DNA of 64,000 bases from Actinomycetes bacterium (GTDB lineage Bacteria; Actinomycetota; Thermoleophilia; RBG-16-64-13), in NCBI GenBank assembly GCA_021372435.1, contig JAJFUK010000110.1, positions 9,022 to 73,021 on the forward strand, read 5' to 3'. Shown piece after piece: positions 18,745-30,274 of this stretch. Made by a program: the position numbers and the translations under genes. The notes under the pieces were generated by a model. The model ran no database searches. It saw nothing but the letters and a program-made list of their open reading frames with translations, and was not told the DNA's origin. Each line of letters starts with the position of its first letter. Within the stretch, counting starts at the first letter, position 1.

Positions 18745-19425
18745 TTAGCCGGAGGCCGGCCCCGTCGCCGCATAGTACCCACTCTTCTCGATAAGATAGG
18801 CCACAGGATCCGGGACTAGGTACCGTACGGTCTTCCCGGCCATCAGCCGTTCCCTGATCATGCTGGAGGAGATCGATAGGGCCGGCACCTCCAAGATCTT
18901 GACGCGGGCTTCGGGTACGAGGCCCACCGTGGTGGATCTGAGCTTCTCCAGAAGCCCGGCCAGGCGGGATAGGTCGTAGCCCGGCCGGGTGGCCGCGATG
19001 AACGTGGACAGCTCCAGGACTCGAGCCGGGTCCTTCCAGCCAAGGATGTCGAGCACCGCGTCGGCCCCCGTGATGAAGAACATCTCCGTTCCTGGGGGGA
19101 CGACACCGGCCAAGTGTTCCAGCGTGTCGACGGTATAGCTCACTTCTTCTCTCGAGATCTCGTAGCGCGACACCGAGAACCTGGGATTGCCGGCGGTGGC
19201 CACTTCGGTCAGAAGATACCGGAACTCCGCAGGCGCCATCTTACGGCTCTTGTGGGGAGGATCCCCGGCCGGCATGAACAGCACCTGATCCAAGTTGAAC
19301 TCAGCCAGGGCTTCCTGGGCGGTGACCAGGTGTGCGATGTGGATAGGATCGAAGGCGCCGCCCATGATCCCCAATCGTAGACCGGGGAGGTCCCGCAGCC
19401 CGGAGATAAGACCGTCTTGATCCAT
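18745..19425 (-). CDS. nadD: Nicotinate-nucleotide adenylyltransferase
   Basis: 226 aa with a GGAFDPIHIAHL (H/T)xGH nucleotidyltransferase motif and an ISSSMIR motif. Confidence 0.85.
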   Translation of the reverse strand: MDQDGLISGLRDLPGLRLGIMGGAFDPIHIAHLVTAQEALAEFNLDQVLFMPAGDPPHKSRKMAPAEFRYLLTEVATAGNPRFSVSRYEISREEVSYTVDTLEHLAGVVPPGTEMFFITGADAVLDILGWKDPARVLELSTFIAATRPGYDLSRLAGLLEKLRSTTVGLVPEARVKILEVPALSISSSMIRERLMAGKTVRYLVPDPVAYLIEKSGYYAATGPASG

Positions 19426-19519
19426 GTCTCCTCCCGACCCTCAGCGCCCACCGGTAGACGCCCTCGCAGGCTGCTTCAGAACAGCCCCGGGCGACAAGAC
19501 AGCCGACTTGGGCAACACG

Positions 19520-20785
19520 CTAGCGGACATGACCCCTTCCGGTCACTACGTACTTGACCGAGGTGAGCTCTTTGAGCGCCAGCGGCCCCCGCGCGTGCAG
19601 CTTCTGAGTGGAGATACCGATCTCGGCCCCCAGTCCGAAGACCCCCCCATCGGTGAAGCGGGTCGACGCGTTTATGTAGACCACGGCGGCGTCGACGCCC
19701 TGCGCGAACCGCCGGCTCGCCTCCAGGTCGCGGGTGATGATGGCTTCCGAGTGCCCGGTCCCATACTGCGTGATGTGCGCGATGGCCTCTTCCAGGTCTT
19801 CTACCACCTTGATGGCCATCTCCATGGACAGGAACTCGGTGTTGTAGTGCTTATCGGTCGCCCGCAGCAGTTTGGCGCCGGAGTCGCCCGCAAGCTCCCG
19901 GGTCCTGGAGTCGACGTACAGCTTGACTTTGCGCTCAGTGAGGGCCTCCACGACGACGGGGATGAACTCCGCTGCTACCGCCCGGTGCACCAGCAGGGTC
20001 TCGGCTGCGTTGCACACTCCCGGTCTTTGGCACTTGGCGTTGATAGTGATGGCCAGCGCCTGTTTGAGGTCGGCCGTCTCGTCGACGTAGATGTGGCAAT
20101 TCCCGCCGGCCGCATAGATGACGGGGATCTTCGAGTGCTCGAGCAGCAACTCTTTGAGGGCCTCGCCTCCCCGAGGGATCACGAGATCGATAAGATCCCG
20201 CAACTGCAGCAGCTCGATCAGGGCGCTCCGTTCCTTCTCGCCTATGAATTGGATGCAGTCCCCGGGGAGACCGGCTTCGATGGCGGCGCCCGTGATGACT
20301 TCGGCAAGGATGCGGTTGGAGCGGTAGGCGTCGGTCCCCCCGCGGAGGATGACCGAGTTGCCCGTCTTCAGGCAGAGGGCGACGGCATCGACGGTGACGT
20401 TCGGCCGCGCCTCGTACACGACAAGGATCACTCCGAACGGCACACGCACCTTCTCGATCTCCAGACCTTCCGGCGTTTTCCACCCTGCCACCACCTCGCC
20501 CACCGGATCGGCCAAGGCCGCTATGTCTCTCAGACTGCCGGCGATGCCGCGGAGACGCCCTTCATCCAGGAGAAGGCGGTCGATAAGGGCGGGCGACAGC
20601 CCGTTCCTGCGTCCCTCAGCCACATCGTGGGCATTCTCGACGAGGATCTCCTCAGCGCGCCGCTCGATGGCCTCGGACATGGCCAGTAGAGCCCGGTTCT
20701 TGCTGGCGGCGTCGGCCGTCGCCAGACGGTATGAAGCCTGCTTGGCGTGACTCGCATAGTCTTTGACCTTCACATCTCCTCCCAC
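19520..20785 (-). CDS. proA: Gamma-glutamyl phosphate reductase
   Basis: 421-aa aldehyde dehydrogenase-superfamily protein with ProA signatures. Immediately downstream of proB. Confidence 0.9.
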   Translation of the reverse strand: MGGDVKVKDYASHAKQASYRLATADAASKNRALLAMSEAIERRAEEILVENAHDVAEGRRNGLSPALIDRLLLDEGRLRGIAGSLRDIAALADPVGEVVAGWKTPEGLEIEKVRVPFGVILVVYEARPNVTVDAVALCLKTGNSVILRGGTDAYRSNRILAEVITGAAIEAGLPGDCIQFIGEKERSALIELLQLRDLIDLVIPRGGEALKELLLEHSKIPVIYAAGGNCHIYVDETADLKQALAITINAKCQRPGVCNAAETLLVHRAVAAEFIPVVVEALTERKVKLYVDSRTRELAGDSGAKLLRATDKHYNTEFLSMEMAIKVVEDLEEAIAHITQYGTGHSEAIITRDLEASRRFAQGVDAAVVYINASTRFTDGGVFGLGAEIGISTQKLHARGPLALKELTSVKYVVTGRGHVR

Positions 20786-20789
20786 TCGG

Positions 20790-21899
20790 CTAGCAGACCA
20801 GTACCATGTGGTCCCGGTGAACGACCTCCGGCGCGGCTTCGGGTAGCAGTTCCGCCACCCGGCTACTGTGGAGCCCCTTCACGCGGTCCAGGTCCTTCCT
20901 CGCGTAGCTGACCAGACCCTTGGCCAAGTCGACACCATCCTCGTCGACGATCATCACCGCGTCTCCGGCGGCAAAGTCACCCTCCACCCCGATCACACCA
21001 ACCGGCAGGAGACTGCCCCTGCCGCGCAACGCCTTCACGGCGCCCGCGTCCACGATCACCCTGCCTTGCGCCGGCTTGCCGTATAGAAGCCAGAGCTTGT
21101 AGTCAGGCAGGCCTAGAGGCCGGGGAGCGAAGCGGGTGCCCACCTCTTCCCCCGCGACACAGGCCTGCAGCACTCCGGGGTACGTCCCCCGGGCTATGAT
21201 GGTCTCTACTCCTCCGCTCGTGGCGATCCGAGCGCTGTTCACCTTGCTGCCCATCCCTCCCGAACCCAGCGCGCCGGTGGCCCCTATATGGACGCACTCC
21301 AGCCGGCTGAGATCCTCGACCCGCGTGATCAGCCGGGCCTGTGGGTCTTCCCGTGGGTCGGCCGTGTAGAGCCCGTCGGTATCGGTCAGCAACACCAGCA
21401 GGTCGGCCTTGACGAGCAGTGCCACCTGCGCCGCCAAAGCGTCGTTGTCGCCGAAACACAACTCATCGGTGGCGGTGGTGTCGTTCTCGTTGATGATGGG
21501 CACGACCCTCCAATCAAGGAGGCGTTTGAGCGTGTTGCGGGCATTGAGGTACTGCGTGCGCGCCGCCACGTCGAACGCGGTCAACAGCACCTGGGCGGTC
21601 ACGACGTTCTCGTGGGAGAACAGCTCGGTATATATGTGGAACAAGCGGCCTTGGCCCACCGCCGCCGCCGCCTGGAGATCGACGACCTCGGTCGGACGCT
21701 GCTTGAAACGGAGCACACCCATCCCCGAGGAGACCGCTCCCGAGGACACGAGCAGCAACCTGTGCCCCTGAGCGTGCAGATCACAGATCTCGGCCACCAG
21801 GCCCGCTACGGGGTTCAGCCGGAAGGTCCCGCGCTCGCTGGTGAGGGTACTGGACCCTATCTTGACGACCACCGTCATGTCCGCCCGTCTGCCTGCCAC
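20790..21899 (-). CDS. proB: Glutamate 5-kinase
   Basis: 369 aa with an amino-acid kinase fold (VVKIGSSTLT) and a C-terminal PUA domain. Confidence 0.9.
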   Translation of the reverse strand: MAGRRADMTVVVKIGSSTLTSERGTFRLNPVAGLVAEICDLHAQGHRLLLVSSGAVSSGMGVLRFKQRPTEVVDLQAAAAVGQGRLFHIYTELFSHENVVTAQVLLTAFDVAARTQYLNARNTLKRLLDWRVVPIINENDTTATDELCFGDNDALAAQVALLVKADLLVLLTDTDGLYTADPREDPQARLITRVEDLSRLECVHIGATGALGSGGMGSKVNSARIATSGGVETIIARGTYPGVLQACVAGEEVGTRFAPRPLGLPDYKLWLLYGKPAQGRVIVDAGAVKALRGRGSLLPVGVIGVEGDFAAGDAVMIVDEDGVDLAKGLVSYARKDLDRVKGLHSSRVAELLPEAAPEVVHRDHMVLVC

Positions 21900-21909
21900 C
21901 GCTCAACCC

Positions 21910-23385
<1,476 letters not shown>

Positions 23386-23395
23386 CTATCGAGGG

Positions 23396-23647
23396 TTACT
23401 CGGTCACGACGCTGACGATGCGCCCCGCCTTGCCCGTGGAAAAAACCACGTGACCGGCGGCTTTCGCGAACAACGTGTCGTCGGAGCCTATGCCCACGTT
23501 GACGCCGGGCCGGAACTTGGTGCCGCGCTGGCGCACCAGGATCTCGCCTGCCTTGACGTCCTCACCGGCGAAGGCCTTGACGCCCAGACGCTGGGCATTG
23601 GAATCTCGTCCGTTGCGGGAGCTCCCGCCGCCTTTCTTGTGAGCCAT
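23396..23647 (-). CDS. rpmA: 50S ribosomal protein L27
   Basis: 83 aa with the [17 protein letters not shown]-terminus. Confidence 0.95.
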   Translation of the reverse strand: MAHKKGGGSSRNGRDSNAQRLGVKAFAGEDVKAGEILVRQRGTKFRPGVNVGIGSDDTLFAKAAGHVVFSTGKAGRIVSVVTE

Positions 23648-23663
23648 GGCTTATTCGTCCTTC

Positions 23664-23966
23664 CTAGGTGATCTTCTGCACCTCGAGACGGGTGAGCGCT
23701 GAGCGGAAACCGGCCTTCTTACGCCAGCCCCGCTTGGGCTTGAACCTCGAGATGGTGATCTTGGGCCCCCGGAAATGCTCGACCACGCGGGCCGTCACCT
23801 CGGCCTTGGCACCCTCCGCCGCCAGACGCAGATCACCCCCGTCGGAGACGAGCAGGGCACGGAGCTGCACAGTCGCTCCCCCGGCGGCATCGAGACGGTC
23901 GACGACGACCTCCCGGCCCTCCTCTACGCGGTACTGCTTACCGCCGACTTCGACGATGGCGAACAT
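23664..23966 (-). CDS. rplU: 50S ribosomal protein L21
   Basis: The internal ATG at 23966 gives 100 aa starting MFAIVEVGGKQYRV, the canonical L21 start. The longer track ORF (to 24212) is an upstream artefact. Confidence 0.9.
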   Translation of the reverse strand: MFAIVEVGGKQYRVEEGREVVVDRLDAAGGATVQLRALLVSDGGDLRLAAEGAKAEVTARVVEHFRGPKITISRFKPKRGWRKKAGFRSALTRLEVQKIT

Positions 23967-24060
23967 CCGGACTCCTCGTACGCTTTCATCCCGGTAACAA
24001 AGGCCGCGCAGGCGGCGGCCACGAGCAAGGCAGTATAGCAGGGTTCCCAGCGGCCCGCCA

Positions 24061-25506
24061 CTAGTCCGGCACCACGGCGAGATGGTCCAAGGCGGCCTTC
24101 TCATCGGCCGCCTGCAGGAAGATGCGGTGTCCGGTCTCCTGTTCGACCTGCCGGAGTAGTGGATTCCTACCTCCGAGCAGGCGCGCCGCGATGCGAGGAT
24201 GGACCTCGACACGCAGGCCGGGTGAAGTCGACGTTAGGACAAGGGCGCGCAGACGGCGCTCCACCGTGATAAGCGCCGACTCCTCGGAGACGACGCGGCC
24301 GTCCCCGTGACAGCAGGGGCAAGGCATCGTGAGCACCTCGCTCAACCCTCGGGCGACGTTCTGACGCGTCATCTCCACCAGTCCCAACGGCGACACCTCC
24401 ACGACGTAGGTCTTGGTGCGGTCCTGGGCCAGCTCCGCCTCCAGGGCCATGAGGACCGCGTCACGGTTGGACCGGGAGGCCATATCGATGAAATCGACGA
24501 CGATGATCCCGCCTATGTCACGCAGGCGGAGTTGACGGACGATCTCGCGACAGGCGTCCACGTTGGTCCTCAAGATCGTGTCCTCCAGAAACCGCCTGCC
24601 CACATAACGGCCGGTATTCACATCGATGACGGTCATGGCCTCGGTATGGTCGATGACGATGTACCCGCCCGAGGGAAGCTCCACCCGGCGCCGAAGAGCC
24701 TTCCCGACCTCTTCGTCGAGACCGAGTCGCTCGAACAGGGGGATATCGCCCTCACGCAGCTCGACCCGCCCGGCAAGGTCGGGGCTGACGGCACGGAGAT
24801 AGCCGGCCAAGCGCCGGTGAAGCTTCATGTCATCCACCAGCACGGCGTCGAACTCGGGACCGAGCAGGTCGCGCACGGCCCGCATCGCCAGGTCGGCCTC
24901 GGTGTAGACCAGAGAGGGGGCGCCCGCCACCCTTATCCGGCGCTCGACGCCCTCCCATACCCGCTGCAGGAAGCGGAGGTCGCGACCGAGGGCCTCCTCG
25001 TCCGCGCCTTCAGCCGCGGTCCGGATGATCATTCCTCCCGGAGCAGGATCAAGCGTCTTGCAGATCGACCGCAGCCTGTCCCGTTCCGCGTCGTCCAGCC
25101 GGCGCGACACTCCCAGAACGGCCGTCCGGGGCAGATACACGAGGTAGCGTCCGGCGAGCGTCAGTTGGGTGGTCAGCCGAGGGCCCTTGCTCCCCATCGC
25201 ATCCCGTGCCACCTGCACCAGCACTTCTTTGCCGCCCTGTAGCAGATCGGTGATCTTCCGCGTCTGCGTCCGCCGCCCCTCAGACATCGACACCTCGTCG
25301 ACGTAAAGAAAGCCGTTTCTGTCCAGTCCGATGTCGACAAAGGCGGCATCCATACCGGCGAGTACGTTCTCCACCCGGCCCTTGTAGATGTTCCCCACCA
25401 GCGACCGGCACCCGGGACGCTCCACGTACAGCTCGGCCGGACGGCCTTCCTCCATCACCGCCACCCGGGTCTCGAGACCATCCCGCGAGATGATGATCTG
25501 CTTCAT
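24061..25506 (-). CDS. rng: Ribonuclease E/G family endoribonuclease (short RNase G-type)
   Basis: 481 aa with an S1 domain and the RNase E/G catalytic core, no long scaffold tail. Has the conserved rng-rplU-rpmA-obg linkage. Confidence 0.85.
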   Translation of the reverse strand: MKQIIISRDGLETRVAVMEEGRPAELYVERPGCRSLVGNIYKGRVENVLAGMDAAFVDIGLDRNGFLYVDEVSMSEGRRTQTRKITDLLQGGKEVLVQVARDAMGSKGPRLTTQLTLAGRYLVYLPRTAVLGVSRRLDDAERDRLRSICKTLDPAPGGMIIRTAAEGADEEALGRDLRFLQRVWEGVERRIRVAGAPSLVYTEADLAMRAVRDLLGPEFDAVLVDDMKLHRRLAGYLRAVSPDLAGRVELREGDIPLFERLGLDEEVGKALRRRVELPSGGYIVIDHTEAMTVIDVNTGRYVGRRFLEDTILRTNVDACREIVRQLRLRDIGGIIVVDFIDMASRSNRDAVLMALEAELAQDRTKTYVVEVSPLGLVEMTRQNVARGLSEVLTMPCPCCHGDGRVVSEESALITVERRLRALVLTSTSPGLRVEVHPRIAARLLGGRNPLLRQVEQETGHRIFLQAADEKAALDHLAVVPD

Positions 25507-25530
25507 CGGCTTCGGACCCTCATGACCACC

Positions 25531-28170
25531 TCATGACAAGTGGATCTCGGTTCGTTGGATCCGCTGGATGGACAACGGCGTCCCCGCCAGCCGGCCAAGC
25601 GCCTCGATGACCCGTTCGGGGCGGGCCGTGCCGGCCGGAGTCACCGATGCACTGAACGATATCGTACAGGCCGGGTCGGGTCCCTCCCGTACCGATACGT
25701 GCTCCACGTAGCGTTTGACGTCGACACGACGCGCCCTCCCCTCCCGGAACTCCTCCACCGGCAGTCCGTCCGCCGCGCTGAAACGGTCCGCCGCACCGGC
25801 AAGCACGGAGGCGATATGAACACCCCCGGGACCCCCGCCCGCCGCGCCGACCTGGACCTCGTATGAGGCTCCCACCACCCGGGCGGGCAGCGACCGTGCG
25901 CCCCTGTACGGTTCCAGGGCCAGCAACCGCATGTGGGCCGGGAGGACGCCCGCCAACCGGGTACTGAAATCCGGCCCCGGTTCTTCCGCCAGGGCGAACT
26001 CGCAGAGCTCGCGCAACCCCTCGACTCCCACCGGCAGAGGAAGAGCGAAGCAGAGGACGGGCTTGGGCCGCATGCCCGCGGAGAGGGCCGGCCGGCCTCC
26101 CGCTTTACGGACCGCCCGGCGGAGCAGTTCCAACCGGTCCAGGTGGCCGACGAAACGGCCTCGTCCTGTGACCGAGAAGGTGGCTACGTAGCGCAGGCGG
26201 GGCCCCGGCCGAGCGGCATCCGCGACCCGCACGGCTCCGGAGCGCGCAGTGACTCCCGCGGCGCCGCCGGCCGCCGCGGCGGCGCCACAGGCAGCGGCCG
26301 TCCGAGCCCGGACGCCAGGCGGGGACCCGACAGGCGTAGGGGCCCGGCCGGCGTCCGCGCCGAGACCTGCCTCCGCCGCCCGCTCTGCCGCCAGGTCGTT
26401 CCGCTGCGGCCCCTCACAGGCCCCGCAGCCGGTGCAGCCCTCCCACCGGCAGTCACCGGTACGCCCGCCGCGATGCGCCTTCTCCCACTCCGACCACAGG
26501 AACTCACGATCGACCACTCCGTGGATCACCTCCCACGGTAGAGGGACGTCTCTAGGGATGGTGGCCGTGGCCAGTTCCTCAGCCGATGTGCCCGCCGCCG
26601 CGAACGCCTCCCTCCAGGCGTCGCCCCTGAACTCCTCGGTCCATGAATCGAAGCGGGCTCCGCGGCCCCACGCTCCCTCGATCACGGCGCTGAGTCCTTC
26701 GTCCCCCCGGGCCAACGCGGCTTCCAGGTAGCTCTTGTCGACATCGTGGAGGGTCAAGCGGACACCCGGCCTGCGCAGACGAGAGCGCAGTACTTCCTGA
26801 CGGCGGCGGAGGGTGGCCCGATCGGCCATGCCTGCCCACTGGAACGGCGTGAACGGCTTGGGCACGAAGTTGTTGACGGAGATGTTGAGTCGCAGTCTCC
26901 CGGCCCGGGGACCCAGGATACGACGGCCCAGGTCCCGCACCCGCAGGCACAACTCCGCGATGCCGGTCACATCGGCGTCCTCTTCGAGCGGCAGTCCGAT
27001 CATGAAGTACAGCTTGAGGGTGGTCATTCCCGCGATGAAGGCCTCTTCGGCCGCCGCCAGCACATCCTCGTCGGTCACGTTCTTGTTGATGACGGCGTGC
27101 ATGCGCCTGCTGCCGGCCTCTGGAGCGAGGGTCAGGGACGGACCGGTCGGCGACACCAGACGAGCAAGACGGACCGCCGCGCTGTCCACCCGCAGGGAGG
27201 GCAAGGAGACCCGCACCTCGGGGTGGTCCTGACCTACCCTCGCGAGGAGACTCTCGACGCACGAATAGTCGGTGGTGGAGAGCGAAGCCAAGGCCAGCTC
27301 CTGATGGCCGGTCGCCCGCAACTGAGCCTCGGCCATCGCCATCACCTCATCCGGGGGCCGCTCGCGGACCGGCCGGTACCACATGCCGGCCTGGCAGAAA
27401 CGGCAGCCCCGCGTGCAGCCCCGCATGATCTCCACCCACGCTCGGTCGTGCACCCCCGCGGTAAGCGGCACCAGGCTCGAGTCGGGGTAGGGCGCCCCTG
27501 CCAGCCGGGCGATCGTCCTTCGCCTCACCCATTCGCTGATACCCGGCACGAACACCCCCTCGACCGTGCTCAGCCGCCGCTTCGTCGCCTCCCGCGACAG
27601 CCCCTGCCGCCCGGCCTCCACCAGCACGGTCAAGATCTCGGGGAACAGCTCCTCCCCGTCGCCGACCGCCACCGCGTCGAAGAAGCGGCTGAGGGGCAGG
27701 AAGTCGGCGCAGGCCGGTCCGCCCGCCAGCAGCAGAGGATGCTTCCCGGTCCGTTCCTCCGCGTGCAGCGGGATGCCCGCCAGATCCAGCATCTCGAGGA
27801 TGTTGGTGTAGTTGAACTCGTGCTGAAGCGTCAGTCCGAACAGATGAGCCTGCACCACCGGCGTCCACGTCTCCATCGTCAGCAGCGGGATCCCTTCCCG
27901 GCGCATCGCGCTGATGGCGTCGGTCCACGGCAGGTACGTGCGCTCGACCCCCACCCCGGCCGTGTTACCGGCCAGGTGATAGAGGATCTGCAAAGCCTGG
28001 TTGGAGATCCCGATCTCATAGGTGTCGGGAAAGCCCAGCACGACGCGGAGTTCCGCAGGATCGCACCCGAAACCGGGACCGGCGCCGGCCTCCTCGCCTA
28101 TCAGGCGGGCAGGCTGCCGGATCTGCACCAGGACGTCTTCGAAACGCCGGGGGTCGACCGTTCCGCTCAA
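25531..28170 (-). CDS. Radical SAM protein (TIGR03960 family) fused to DUF2344 (TIGR03936)
   Basis: CxxxCxxC radical-SAM motif (CTRGCRFCQAG). N-terminal region matching the TIGR03960 start (QPARLIGEE) and a C-terminal DUF2344-like segment (RYVATFSVTGRGRFVGHLDRLELLRRAVRKAGG). Likely TTG start at 28170 overlapping the stop of the upstream gene. The track ORF extends to 28611. Confidence 0.7.
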   Translation of the reverse strand: MSGTVDPRRFEDVLVQIRQPARLIGEEAGAGPGFGCDPAELRVVLGFPDTYEIGISNQALQILYHLAGNTAGVGVERTYLPWTDAISAMRREGIPLLTMETWTPVVQAHLFGLTLQHEFNYTNILEMLDLAGIPLHAEERTGKHPLLLAGGPACADFLPLSRFFDAVAVGDGEELFPEILTVLVEAGRQGLSREATKRRLSTVEGVFVPGISEWVRRRTIARLAGAPYPDSSLVPLTAGVHDRAWVEIMRGCTRGCRFCQAGMWYRPVRERPPDEVMAMAEAQLRATGHQELALASLSTTDYSCVESLLARVGQDHPEVRVSLPSLRVDSAAVRLARLVSPTGPSLTLAPEAGSRRMHAVINKNVTDEDVLAAAEEAFIAGMTTLKLYFMIGLPLEEDADVTGIAELCLRVRDLGRRILGPRAGRLRLNISVNNFVPKPFTPFQWAGMADRATLRRRQEVLRSRLRRPGVRLTLHDVDKSYLEAALARGDEGLSAVIEGAWGRGARFDSWTEEFRGDAWREAFAAAGTSAEELATATIPRDVPLPWEVIHGVVDREFLWSEWEKAHRGGRTGDCRWEGCTGCGACEGPQRNDLAAERAAEAGLGADAGRAPTPVGSPPGVRARTAAACGAAAAAGGAAGVTARSGAVRVADAARPGPRLRYVATFSVTGRGRFVGHLDRLELLRRAVRKAGGRPALSAGMRPKPVLCFALPLPVGVEGLRELCEFALAEEPGPDFSTRLAGVLPAHMRLLALEPYRGARSLPARVVGASYEVQVGAAGGGPGGVHIASVLAGAADRFSAADGLPVEEFREGRARRVDVKRYVEHVSVREGPDPACTISFSASVTPAGTARPERVIEALGRLAGTPLSIQRIQRTEIHLS

Positions 28171-29033
28171 CGCTTCCGCGAACCGGCGAGCGCCGCCACC
28201 TTGCCGGTGGAAGCGGGAGCACCCTTCTCGAAATACCGGATGGCCGCCATGCCCATGGCCAGGGTGGCCGCGAAGCCGGTGGCCCCTTTGATCGCCCAGC
28301 CGATCCCCGAGGTCGAGCGAACCAAGGAGCGGGCCAGAGCCCGCAGACCGAAGCCCATGCCGGCGACCGCCGCCAATTCGAGCGCCCGTTCCCTGTCGAT
28401 CGATTCGCCATAGACATTCGCGATCGAGAGGGCCATCTTGATCTGATTGAGAGTCATGACCGGCATGTCGGCACCGGGCACGAAAAAGGCCAGGCCGATG
28501 AGGGCGTTCTGTCCGGCGGTCCGGTAGACGACCTGGCGCGCTGCGGCATCTCTCAGCACCGGATACCGGCGGCCCAGGGCCACCACATGACTGCCCGCCG
28601 CCCGGGCGCATGCCTCAAAAACCCGCTGCCAGCCGGAGGGCGTGTTCGAGAACGAGACGCGTAGGTAGCCCTCGCCCAGAGGCGTGATCTTGCCGGTGGC
28701 CCCCGGGCCTTCATCGACGACCAGGACCGCGCCCCCGGTCTTGACCTGCGGGAGGGCTGAACGGACCTGCGATTCCTGCGCGGGCTCGACAAAGACCACT
28801 AGGACTTCGCCGGCCATCGGCGCCGGGCCGGCCATCGGTGCCGGGCCGGCCGGTTGCGTGACCGGGCCGACCCAGGTGGCCGGTACGGTGCCTCCCGACG
28901 AGAACCGCCGCTGTGCGAGACCCACAAGCCGCGGGTCACCCGCCAGCGTGATGCCGGCGGACTCCGTGGCCTGCGAAGACGCCTCCTTCCACGCTTCCAC
29001 GATCTTGTTCAGGTTCAACGGCAACTTGGCCAC
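28167..29033 (-). CDS. Hypothetical protein with a possible DUF697/YcjF-like amphipathic C-terminal region
   Basis: 288-aa ORF between rodA and the radical SAM gene. Its stop overlaps the radical-SAM start. The C-terminal region is hydrophobic/amphipathic (LIGLAFFVPGADMPVMTLNQIKMALSIANVYG...). No confident family assignment. Confidence 0.45.
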   Translation of the reverse strand: MAKLPLNLNKIVEAWKEASSQATESAGITLAGDPRLVGLAQRRFSSGGTVPATWVGPVTQPAGPAPMAGPAPMAGEVLVVFVEPAQESQVRSALPQVKTGGAVLVVDEGPGATGKITPLGEGYLRVSFSNTPSGWQRVFEACARAAGSHVVALGRRYPVLRDAAARQVVYRTAGQNALIGLAFFVPGADMPVMTLNQIKMALSIANVYGESIDRERALELAAVAGMGFGLRALARSLVRSTSGIGWAIKGATGFAATLAMGMAAIRYFEKGAPASTGKVAALAGSRKR

Positions 29034-29065
29034 TCACAGTCCCCCTGCGGTCCGCCGTACCGTAC

Positions 29066-30265
29066 TCACTTGGGCCGGCCGGCCACCGAGTGTACGTGTA
29101 CGCTCTCCAGCAGCCCGATGGCCATCAAGAATACTACCAGGGAGCTGCTGCCGAAACTCACAAACGGCAGAGGTAGTCCGGTGATGGGCATTATCCCAAT
29201 GGTCATCCCGATGTTCACGAACACCTGGAAGACGATAACTCCGGCGACTCCGGCGGCGATGAGCGTGCCGTAGAGGTCGCGCGACATCCGGGCGATCCGG
29301 AACGCCCTCCATACGATGACGGCGAACAGGCCGATCAACAGCGCGGCTCCCAAGAACCCGAGCTCCTCGCCTATCACCGCGAAGATGAAGTCGGTGTGCC
29401 GTTCGGGCAGGAAGTTCAGATTGTGCTGGGTCCCCTGCAGATAACCCTTGCCGGAGAACATGCCGCTGCCCACAGCGATCTTGCTTTGGATCAGCTGGTA
29501 TCCATCGCCCAGGGCGTCCTTCTCCGGGTCTAGGAACACCTCGAGCCGCGCGAGCTGCCAGTCCTTGAGCAGGTGCACCCCGAAAACCGAAGGAAGCACG
29601 CGAAGCGCCAGCACGCCCGCCGCCGCCGCCGCCCCCGCCAATATCCCCAGATGGGTGAGGCGGATCCCCCAGACCACCAACATCACCACAAGGATCGATA
29701 CGAGCACCAGCGAAGTCCCCAGGTCGGGCTGCAGAAAGATGAGAACCCCGGGAATGGCCACATACACGACGCACAGGATGACAAAGCGGAACCTGTGGCG
29801 CAATTCTGCGCCCTCGACCAGCACGGCCCCCAAAGAGACGATCAACATGAACTTGACGAGTTCCGCGGTCTGCAACCGGAACGACCTCACTCCGAGCCAC
29901 CGGTTGGCCCCCACCGTCTCCTCTCCCTGCCCGACGAGCAGGGTCAACACCAGTAGAAGTAGGCCGGCTCCGTATATGTACACCTGCCATCGCGCGAACC
30001 ACTTGTAGTTGGCGATGCTGAGCGTGATCAGGAAAACCGACCCCAGAGCAAGACCGATGGCCTGCGACTGCACGTACCAGAACGGAGTGGACAGGGTGGG
30101 GTCCTCATGGGTGGCCGAATACAGCATGAACAGGCCGTACACCACCAAGCAGAGGGTGGCCGCGAGCAGGATCCAGTCCATGCTCTTCAAGTAGGCGCCC
30201 AGGGAGAAACCCAGCGGCTGCCTACGCTCCCGAGCGGGTTGCAGGACTCTTGTCGGCTGTTCCAT
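29066..30265 (-). CDS. rodA: SEDS-family peptidoglycan glycosyltransferase RodA
   Basis: 399-aa polytopic membrane protein in the FtsW/RodA family (GLPLPFVSFGSSS), directly downstream of mrdA. Confidence 0.85.
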   Translation of the reverse strand: MEQPTRVLQPARERRQPLGFSLGAYLKSMDWILLAATLCLVVYGLFMLYSATHEDPTLSTPFWYVQSQAIGLALGSVFLITLSIANYKWFARWQVYIYGAGLLLLVLTLLVGQGEETVGANRWLGVRSFRLQTAELVKFMLIVSLGAVLVEGAELRHRFRFVILCVVYVAIPGVLIFLQPDLGTSLVLVSILVVMLVVWGIRLTHLGILAGAAAAAGVLALRVLPSVFGVHLLKDWQLARLEVFLDPEKDALGDGYQLIQSKIAVGSGMFSGKGYLQGTQHNLNFLPERHTDFIFAVIGEELGFLGAALLIGLFAVIVWRAFRIARMSRDLYGTLIAAGVAGVIVFQVFVNIGMTIGIMPITGLPLPFVSFGSSSLVVFLMAIGLLESVHVHSVAGRPK

Positions 30266-30274
30266 GAAACTGCC

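Noticed and set aside
23967-24212. N-terminal extension of rplU (182-aa track ORF)
   Set aside because: L21 is about 100 aa and the canonical MFAIVEVGGKQY start is at 23966. The upstream part is Arg/Cys-rich non-homologous sequence.
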